A DNA stretch of 64,000 nt. Source: Epiperipatus broadwayi (lineage: Eukaryota; Animalia; Onychophora). Of the stretch, positions 42,429 to 51,989 are shown one piece after another. Below the pieces are notes generated by a model, which was given only the letters and a program-made list of their open reading frames with translations, was not told the origin of the DNA and did not search any database. Both the position numbers and the translations under genes were made by a program. Location of the stretch: positions 4,030,001 to 4,094,000 of the forward strand of contig JAQFVV010000009.1 of the NCBI GenBank assembly GCA_028023455.1. The letters are read 5' to 3'. Numbering within the stretch: position 1 is the stretch's first letter; every line of letters begins with the position of its first letter.

Positions 42429-42558
42429 CTGCTGTCTCTTTAATATCAACAACTCTCTTGATATGAGAAAGAGGAATAAGTAAAATATGTTTGTAACATT
42501 TTTGGGGAGTCTTTCCTGCACCTGGACTTTTTAAAGCTTTTAAACGTCTTTTGCCAAT
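42429..42558 (-). CDS. ECT2: ECT2/pebble exon, PH domain (130 bp)
   Basis: IGKRRLKALKSPGAGKTPQKCYKHILLIPLSHIKRVVDIKETA, compared with human LKHIHLMPLSQIKKVLDIRETE. Acceptor ttttcag, donor CAG|GCTAGT. Confidence 0.9.
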
Positions 42559-43009
42559 CTGAAAACATAATTACAATATTCATTATATAGAAAACTAAAT
42601 AAAATAAGAATGTAAAATATTCTAGAAGTATGTTTGTCTGTAAATATTACATGAAACTTACTTATAACTATTATTGAGATGTATTAATATTTAACTTTTT
42701 TAAACACTTTTTTCACTAATACATATTTTTTGTGAATGTATTAAAAAAAACCTAACAACTAATCAACATAATAGTAACTGGTTTTTATTATTTTTCAATA
42801 AATTAAATTAAATGTATATATAATGTGATAGTGTTTTCCTGAAGATTTGTGATGATGGTATTTTAGTTATATTTATATATATTGGATTATTTCCATCATC
42901 TAATATTAAATGTCTTTAGAAAAATTAAACTTTATTTAAATTTTCCAATTACATTCAACTGTTAGTAATAGCATACATTAGTGTATGAACAACTTTTAGA
43001 GAGGTATTA

Positions 43010-43140
43010 CTCTCCTCTCTTCTTCAGGTGTTGCTGGACTGACCTATGACAATACTAGCATGGAAATTGAACCTTGACTCGTAAGATTCTTGAATATTAA
43101 ATGTGAAATAACACTTTAACCAAGTGAGCCATCCCACCAA
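43010..43140 (-). mobile_element. Decayed tRNA-derived SINE head
   Basis: A-box-like tggctcacttggtt and B-box-like ggttcaatttcc on the minus strand. Confidence 0.4.
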
Positions 43141-43169
43141 AGGCAACAGTCAATAGAAATTTCACATAT

Positions 43170-44054
43170 TTATCTATGAGGTTCCTCCTGATTTCTCTAC
43201 TTTTTCTTAAGAGCAAAATTGACAAATGGTTTCCATATCTTATGTATAATCACACTAGGATGACTTATGAGGTTATTCACTATTGTTATGTGAGTAGCTT
43301 CTTTGAATTTTCTTCTTTGTATCTTTTCACCTCTAGCCAATATTTTTGTATTTTCCCAATTGAACATATGTTCATTGGTACATAGTCTGCTATCTTAGAC
43401 AAATCTGTTTTCTCTCTTCTAATCATCAGTTTGTGTTCTTGTAATCGCTTTTCAATGGGGCGACTGATCCCACCAATACACATTCTTCCACATTCACATG
43501 GTAATTCATAGATGCAGTTTTTGCTTTTCAGCAATTCAAGTTTAGGCTTGGTTGATGTTAGAATTTCTCGTAGTGTGGTATGGCTCTGGAAAGCTGTTCT
43601 GATATTATACTGATTGCAGATTTCCCTTAACGTCTGCTATTTCTGGTATGTATAGATAGATACACTACAATTGTTTTTACTTTTGCTGCATCTTTTTGTT
43701 GTCTATTTAAGGTTTTTTTAATACCAGCTGATGGATAACCATTTTTCATAAGTTTGTTCTATGTAGATCTTTTTTCCAAATTGCAGGTTTCTGAACAATA
43801 GATTTTGCTATGAGGAAGTCTTATCACGAGAACATCTAAGAATGCCAATTTTTGTTCTTATTCAGACTCTATTGTGAATTTAATTGAAGGGGATATGTTG
43901 TTGATGTGTTTTAAAAAGTCTAGTAGTGCTTCATCATGTAGCCATAGAAGAAATGTATCATCAACATAACAAAGCCAAACTTTAGCTATGGTGAGCTCAC
44001 AGCTATTCCTTGATTTTGTTGGAAGAATTCTGTGTTATACTGAAAGTAGGTTAT
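43170..44054 (-). mobile_element. 5'-truncated Penelope-like element (RT C-terminus and GIY-YIG)
   Basis: YVDDTFL, KHINNISPSIKFTIES, LAFLDVLVIR and the GIY-YIG segment KNCIYELPCECGRMCIG...RLQEH. Confidence 0.87.
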
Positions 44055-44394
44055 CTATTGTTAGAAAAAGATTAAATGGTGATAATAGTTTATAAACCAG
44101 AACAACTCTTTCTATTGATAGTACAATAAAACTATTAACATTCTGCATAACAACCTACCTTCAATATAACACAGAATTCTTCCGACAAAATCAAGGAATC
44201 ACTATCAGCTCAACGTTGTCATTCCGGACTAGCAATATTTACATGGAAGAACTTGAAGCCATAACCATAAAGACTACTCCATATCCCAGCAAACTTTGGC
44301 TTCACTTACATATCTTGTATGGCCACATGATGGAACACTACTACAAACTTTCTGGAAACACATCAACAACATATCCCATTCAATAAAACCTACA
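44055..44394 (+). mobile_element. Inverted second arm of the same Penelope-like element
   Basis: RTTLSIDSTIKLLTFCITTYLQYNTEFFRQNQG...NIYMEELE...KLWL. 44152-44394 is the reverse complement of about 43870-44054. Confidence 0.85.
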
Positions 44395-44895
44395 ACATTC
44401 AATATATCATTTCTCACTAGATATATTTTTAATGCTTTTACATTAACTTGCCCTGACTGTGCATGTTTCTGGCTGTATATCCAGATTTTTGAATTTTTAA
44501 TAATGGGAAAAAAATTGTTCTCATTTAGAACTCTAATTCACATCCTTACATTTCTCAAGAAAATTTCTTAGCAACTAGGCCAACAGAAATATAATCTTCA
44601 TTAATATTGATTAACTCATATTTAATTAAATTAATTAAAATAAAAATATATATATCTGATGAAAACTTTACATTTGTAAAATAAAATTTTGTTAATATTG
44701 ATTTAATTCACATTTAATTATTTAAATTAATTAAAATAAAATAAAAATATATCAGTTTAACATTTATAAAAAGATGACTACAATGACATCATATTGATAA
44801 TATTGTACATAACAAAGACAATTAAAAGAGAATGATGAAAAAAATTATTTTATTTAAATTGAAACTATATGTTTTATTTCTAATTAAAAAGTAAA

Positions 44896-45076
44896 ATGTA
44901 AACAGCCGACTAAAAAGTAGAATTACAAAGTAATCCAACTAAAAAACGTGTTGTTTCATAAAAACATTTGAAGGCATAAACATCAAAAAAGCCTCAAATG
45001 CTTTTATGAAATGACACATGTTTTTTTAGTCTGATTATTTTGTTATTTTTTGACATTTTAAGACAGCTGTTTACAT
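44896..45076. repeat. About 180-bp imperfect fold-back (MITE-like)
   Basis: atgtaaacagc / gctgtttacat termini. Inner arms aaaaaacgtgttgtttcataaaaacatttga / tcaaatgcttttatgaaatgacacatgtttttt. Confidence 0.7.
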
Positions 45077-48000
45077 AAAAACAATATTTAAAAAATTTTT
45101 TTTTAAAAATATTATTTAATTTAAAGTGCTTTAAAGGGCAAACCGTAACTTAATCAATTTGATCAATTTTGAAAATCTTTACCAATGTTGAATTTGTTTT
45201 GTTTTTTTTTAATTCACTTTTACAATAGAAATGTAATGACATTCAGTGTCCTTGAAATTATTACATTAACTAAATATACATAACTAAATTTTCAAAAAAC
45301 TAAGGTATCATTTTAAATGCTTTTAAAAAATTAAATATAATTTAAACACTAAGATTAATTAAAAAAAAATAAAATCTAGCAATTTATATATACATAACTG
45401 TAGAAGTAATTCTGAATTGAATTAAACAAATAAATTGATATAAAAGAAAAAAGTGTAATAAAAATTATTAGTAATCAATTTTTAAAACAATCCAAATTAA
45501 AAAAATAAAATTATAAAAATATAATAAATATTTTTTAAAATAATCCCCAACCCGCAAATTTAAAAACTAAAGGGCATGTGATTGCAAAAATTGATTTATA
45601 ATTATTATGACAGGCAGCAGAGTTTATTACTTACATATGAATATATCAAAAATGGCAATTAAATAGATCAAGATTATCCAGTAGATCTAAATGAGAGATA
45701 GCACAATCACTGAAAAATTATCAGCCTAAATGAAATAACTGAAATCACAATTTTCAAATTAGAAACAAATTTTAAGCAATATTAATTTAATATTACTGTA
45801 TACAAAGGGTGGGCTTTCATATAATTCAAAAACAATTTATGGTAAATGAAATTTAATTTTCTCTTTTCAATAGATAAAGGTAGGCACTGCACAGGAAAAA
45901 TTATGCTGAATGACATGAATTTTTTTAGATTGTTTTAAAGACATTTATAAATAAATATACTACAGTTACAGGCTATAATATATCTGTAACAAACTATCAA
46001 ATACATGAAGAAATCATTAACAATCTTCACACATATAACTTGATATAATTTATTATAGTTAATTGAATGATTTAGATCTAGAAACTTCTTTTCTTAGGAT
46101 TAAATTGTGAATTATTATCAATTGTTTGAGTGCTTTGCACTGAAATGAAAATTAGATAATGGTATATATATATAATCCAGTTTTTCATTGTCATATTAGT
46201 TTTCTGATATTTTATTATTTTGACTTTATTCTTATCCACTTCTGGTCCCATAATCTAGCATAACTAAATATATTTGAACATCATCTAAAAGTGCAAGCAT
46301 CTGAACACTCAATGGTTAGCAAGTAAACACAAGATTTCAGTCCATTGTATTTTAATAAACTTCAATTTTATCCCAATTTATTTACAAGTCTCCATGGTCA
46401 TCTCAATTGGTTTCAGAAATATAATACTGAGATGGTATTTTCTGCCATCTCATATATATATATTTAATTTAATAAAATTGTCCAGTTATAATAAAAATTT
46501 AAAATACTATTATCTTTTAAATGAGTTTAAAGTTTTTTGTATATCTTGAAGAAATCAGAATTTCTTTGTTTGATTAATTTATTTAAATTAATTATAACTC
46601 AAGATAAAATGATATCTTGATATGTTTTTTTAAAAAGCTTTTTTTTGTTTCTTAGAAAAACGTGGATTGGGGGAAAATTAAAGATTTATAATTAACTCCA
46701 TTGTTGAAATTCGAGGTACAATATGTATTTGTAATAAAAAATATTGCTAGTCTATTACACTAATCAATCAATAACTTTTTTGTAAATTAAAAATGTCACA
46801 AGAATAAGAGGACAAAATGTAGCTAAAAATAAACCGAAATGTGTGAATCCTGTTCACAGAAAAGTGTATAAATTACAGTTTTATTTTGTTCATAAATTCA
46901 GAACTTTTCCCTTAAAAGTATTATTATTCATTGTCATTCTCCGGCTAGAGGACGAGAACTTCCCTCCTAGGGAAATACCTGGAATCATGTGAGTGATTTC
47001 CAACTATGGAAAAAATAAAACTAGCTAGCTGAGGATGTGTTCAGGAGCCAGAGGATTCACATTAAGTTACAGACTAAGATCATACATGGATAGTACCCTC
47101 TTGTTGAAAGTTTAAACAGCTGATCAATCAGGGTAAATATGAACAGTTGCTTATGTCAACTTTTATTCTAATTAGCGTGATAGCAAACTAGACTCCATTA
47201 ACTTAGTTTTATTCATTTGATTATGTATATTTTTCAATCATTTTTATTATATTCAAAAGTTTGTATAGGTTAGATTCCCAAAATATTAACTGCTGGATCT
47301 GGAAGACAAACAGGGGTGGGGGTAATGGTCAGTTAAACATTCCACCCATAAGCAAACACTTGGAAACTTATGTCGGAATCAGGAGCATGTAAAAGAATAA
47401 TTGGTCATAAGTCTACAACTGGAAACTTACGCTGTCCTTTAATAAGAATAAAAATTATTTAACATGTGAAGGGAGAGGATTGCAATGGAGCGCAATACCA
47501 TCCACTCTTATAGAAAGTTGCCTTAAAGTTCACCCCTATTTGAACTGATTCTCCATACTAAGCTTTGGCCATTGTTGTTGGTAGGATTTGTGAAGGTGCA
47601 TGTTCCCTCAGGAAAAAGTATAAAATGTTAAATGCTTGGACCGTATTAAAATGATAATGAATTGAGTTAAAATTTACGATGGCATTTTGCCTTAAAAATA
47701 GATAGTCAGTTTGGAGTGCTATAAAGGGAGAATTGAAAATGGAGTTAGCAATGAAAATGAGCATAATAAATATTGTTAAAGCCATACTTAAGTGCCTTTG
47801 TTATTAATTTAATTATAACATTTACAGCTATTGAATCCTCTGGGAAGAACATAAATTATTAGGGTTTGCATTAAGATTACACCTTGAAATTGTGAGTGTA
47901 TACGTAAATAAATGAATACTACGACCATTGAAGAATGTTGTCAAACTAGTGCTAGGCTATATATCTAGTGGCCCCCCATACCGTTTATCATAATATGGGT

Positions 48001-49181
48001 AATCTAAATTTTGCAGTGTCACAGTACAATAACTAAATTTGCAAAGAATAGATGCAAAATTTGTATATGAATAATATTAAAATACTAAAACACACACACA
48101 TATATTAATAGATGTTTAGATGGAAATACAGTTTGTGTTTTCCATTTGTAATTAATTTATTTAGAAAGCTTTTTATTTAGGCCAGTAGCCAATAAAGGTT
48201 CAATGTTCCAGGTTAAGAGTGGAAATAAAACTGACAAGCTACTGCTAACAAAAGAACATAAATACACAACTCTTAAAGCATTTTTTTAAATTGTAGATGT
48301 ACATGTATTTATACTATTTACATATTATAATATAAATAATAATTGATACAATAGTGAATAATTTTTTGGTTATTTTGTTCTAAACATATACATTTTTTCC
48401 TCATAATGTTAAGCAAGTGGGAACTTCCCATTTTCAAAAGGAATGAGGAAGAGGTTAAAGTTATTGTTATATTTTGTTCCTTTATCATGAAATAATTTTT
48501 TTCAGATTTGATTATTAGAAATGAGACTAATTCACTTAGATTAAATATTAATTAATAAGTCAGCAGGAAATATACATTTGGTATAAAAAATCATATGCAT
48601 TGTATGAAATTAAGTGCTAACTTTGTATTTGTCATATTATCATTTTTTCTGAATTTTCTTATTTTTTCATTTATTAGTTAATTTCATTAAATAATTATTA
48701 AAAACAATCAATTTCTGAAATTATTTTTTTGTTGTTGATGTCTTTATTCCTCCAGTTATCTATTCTGTAAATTAGTAGTATGTGTGACCGATTTCATCAC
48801 AGAATTGTGCTTCAATAGATTTGTTGGTTATCCTTGTAAACTTGTTTATCATAAAATAGATTAAATTTATACCTATGTATTTTCTCAAGTTCACAATCAC
48901 TGTCCCTAGGCTCTTGCAATCTCAAGATAGTTTCAAGCATAAGTGTTTACAACATCTAGGTATAATAATAAAAAAGCAAGTCATATATAACATGACATTA
49001 CTTTTATAAGTTTGTATTTACAAAAATGTAATACAGAGTGTACCAATAGCTCAAACAAGCTCTTAATTAAAACAGGCAAAACTCACTATATATATTTTGC
49101 CACACACAGCAAACTAAAGTAATCAATGGATGCCAGAAGGCTTGTGCATAAAATCCCCATCTAGTGCGTACTCATCCGATA

Positions 49182-49223
49182 TCCCCAGATTAGTTTCTGG
49201 CTTATGGTCTTCATCAGTGAGAA
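49182..49223 (-). ncRNA. Minimal type I hammerhead motif (family A) with a helix III mismatch
   Basis: UUCUCA-CUGAUGA-AGACCAUAAGCCA-GAAAC UA AUC/UGGGGA. Confidence 0.6.
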
Positions 49224-49633
49224 GCCTTGGATCTGAGAGCACTTCATCTAGATCTTAGGATCTAGTGCAATCCTCCAGCAACCACCTCTTATCTCCATTT
49301 AACTACAAACCTATGAGTCTTAAACTGAAAACATCTTAATGTTTTCAATCCAAGCCCATTAGCTTATATAGTCATATGAATCTGAACCCAGTTCAGTACC
49401 TATACATTTTGGTATCTTTGGTTCTATAATAACCATAGCCATCATTATCCTATTAGGCAAGATTGGTTTTAAGCCAACAAACATCACATGACCACCTCCT
49501 CTTATGCTTGTGTATAGTTGTTAAAACAGGCAAAACTCACTATATATTTTGCCACACACAGTAAGCTAGAGTAATCAATGAATGCCAAAAGGCTTGTGCA
49601 TAAAATCTCCAGCTAGTGCCTACTCATCCAATA

Positions 49634-49675
49634 TTTCCAAACTAGTTTCTGGCTTATGACCTTCGTCAGTGAGGA
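49634..49675 (-). ncRNA. Minimal type I hammerhead motif (family A) forming the palindrome loop
   Basis: UCCUCA-CUGACGA-A-GGU CAUAA GCC-A-GAAAC UA GUU/UGGAAA. Helix I is partly mismatched. Confidence 0.65.
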
Positions 49676-50079
49676 GTAGGCACTAGATGGGGATTTTATG
49701 CACAAGCCTTCTGGTATCCATTGATTACTCTAGCTTGCTGTGTGTGGCAAAATATATATATAGAGAGAGTTTTGCCTGTTTTAACAACAGCTATACACAA
49801 GCATGAGAGGAGGTGGTCATGTGATGTTTATTGGCTTAAAACCAATCCTGCCTAATAGGATAGTGGTGGTTATGGTTATTATAGAACCAAAGATACCAAA
49901 ATGTATGGGTACTGAACTGGGTTCAGACTCATATGACTATATAAGCTAATGGGCTTGGATTGAAAACATTAAGATGTTTTCAGTTTAAGACTCATAGTTT
50001 TGTAATTAAATGAAGAGGTGGTTGCTGGAGAGTTGCATTAGATCCTAAGATCTAGATGCAGTGCTCTCAGATCCAAGGC

Positions 50080-50121
50080 TCCTCACTGATGAAGGCCATA
50101 AGCCAGAAACTAGTCTGGGGA
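50080..50121 (+). ncRNA. Minimal type I hammerhead ribozyme, best-preserved copy (predicted cleavage after 50115)
   Basis: Helix I UCCUCA/UGGGGA (6 bp, one G-U), core CUGAUGA, helix II GGC-CAUAA-GCC, GAAA, palindromic helix III ACUAGU and a GUC triplet. Confidence 0.8.
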
Positions 50122-51118
50122 TATTGCATGAGTAGGCACTAGATGGAGATTTTATGCACAAGACTTCTGGCATCCATTGATTATTCTAGCTTGCTGTGTG
50201 TGGCAAAATATATATAGCAAATTTTGCCTGTTTCAACAACATATACACAAGCATAAGAGGAGGTGGTCGTGTGATGTTTATTGGCTTAAGCTCTTAATTG
50301 ATAAGTGTGGTAAGTGAAAACATTTAAAATCTCTATCTGGAACATTCTATCTCCAGACCAATTGGTTTTGAGCTAGAATATTCAGACACTAGATCTAAAA
50401 TATCAATTCAAAACCCAGCATTTATTTCATATGTAATATTTAAGTAGAAACTCTGAAATTTTCGGACATGAAAATGTCTTTTACTCCAGCGATCTAACTT
50501 AAATAGCTATATGGGACTGAACCAAATTCAGATCTACTATATATTAATAGCCTCAGCATAGACAAAGCCTTAAAGGTAAAATTATAATAATAATAATAAA
50601 AAAGCAAGTCATATATAACGTGACCTTACTTTTATAAGCTTGTATTTACAAAAATGTAATACAGAGAACATACCAATAGCTCAAACAAGCACTTAATTGA
50701 AAGGTGCAGTAAGAGAAAAAATTTAAAATCTCTATCCAGAATATTCCTATCTCCAGACCAATTCCTATCTCTAAACCAATTGGCCTGGAGATAGGAATGT
50801 TCTGGATAGATTTTAAATGTTTTCTCTTACCACTTATCAATTAAGAGCTTGTTTGAGCTATTGCTATGTTCTCTGTATTACATGCTTTATTATTATTATT
50901 ATTATTATAATTTTATCTTTAAGGCTTTGGCTATGCCGAAGCTATTAATATATGGTAGATCTGAATTTGCTTCAATCCTATATAGCTATTTAAGTTAGAT
51001 AGCTGGAGTAAAAGACATTTTCATGTCTGAAAACTTCAGTTTTTACTTAAATATTACGTATGAAATAAGTGCTGGGTTTTGAGTTGTTATTTTAGATCTA
51101 GTGTCTGAATATTCTAGT

Positions 51119-51163
51119 TCTTCACTGAGGTGAGCCATAATCTTGAAACAATTGGTCTGGAGA
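51119..51163 (+). ncRNA. Minimal type I hammerhead motif (family B)
   Basis: Helix I UCUUCA/UGGAGA, core CUGAGG(U) with A9 apparently lost, helix II GAG/CUU, GAAAC AAUUG GUC. Helix III reads ACCAAUUGGU in the other copy. Confidence 0.65.
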
Positions 51164-51989
51164 TAGGAATATTCTGAATATAGATTTTAAATGTTTTCTC
51201 TTACCGCACTTATCAATTAAGAGCTTGTTTGAGCGCTCCCTGTATAGGTATGAATATGTATGTGTGAACCATTTAGAAAATTCTCTAGATGGTGCAAAGA
51301 TAAAAATTACCATTAAAGTCCAATCACTTATTTTAGAGATTTAACTTTATATAGTATATTCATAATATATGGCCAGAGCAGTGAAGATGATCAGCATGTA
51401 TCAGAATCCCAGCATTTTTATATTTATTATAATAAATATTTTAGCAACCATTTATGTGTATATGCATGTTCAGATAAAATTTTGATGATTATTTTTTTTA
51501 TAACATACCCTAAGTTTGGCATTGGCTAAATGATAACTAGTCTCAGATTTTGTCACTTTAAACCAGTCACAAAGGATGATTGATAAATACCACTGGTAAT
51601 GCTATATTATTAGGCTGTGTTTATAACATATATTGTTTAGTATTTATTTATTGTTTGCTTATCTATTCTCATGCTCAGTGCTATATTTGGATTTATATGG
51701 CGCCAATAAATGATAATTTCAATCTTCCTATATATATCCTATTTCCATACTGTTACAATTTAGTAATAAAATGATTTAAGATTTAGAATAGTGATTCTTA
51801 ATATTTTCAGAATCACTGAACACAATTTTAGAAGACTTTTGCAGAAGAGTCATAAAATAAAACGGTAGATATATTTTTTATATTGCATAATATATTAAAA
51901 ATCACATACATAACAGTTTACATATCAGACAATAGCAAACAAAAATCAGTAAATGAAATTTAAAAAAAAAAAAATTGTCACAATTTTTT

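Larger units (their letters stand above)
49069..50287. mobile_element. Hammerhead repeat family A (unit 452 bp) as a head-to-head palindrome with 12-bp TSD
   Basis: 49069-49625 is inverted against 49674 to about 50235. TSD aagctcttaatt at 49057-49068 and 50288-50299. The empty site is seen in other family B copies (e.g. reverse strand about 50830-50858). Confidence 0.9.
48961..51234. mobile_element. Hammerhead repeat family B (unit about 400 bp) as a head-to-head palindrome, interrupted by family A
   Basis: Minus-sense arm 48961-49068 plus 50288-50779, plus-sense arm 50780-51234. Axis at ccaattgg (50776-50783). Confidence 0.85.

Noticed and set aside
45630-45725. Minus-strand segment bounded by tttag and gtaagt as the next upstream ECT2 exon
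   Set aside because: All frames contain stops and the expected FLFxDxLE motif is absent.
36968-51234. Repeat arrays as CRISPR
   Set aside because: Eukaryotic context, long units, no unique spacers and no cas genes.
48945-51260. TSD for the family B palindrome (taggtat near both ends)
   Set aside because: The right-hand copy is not adjacent to the element end.
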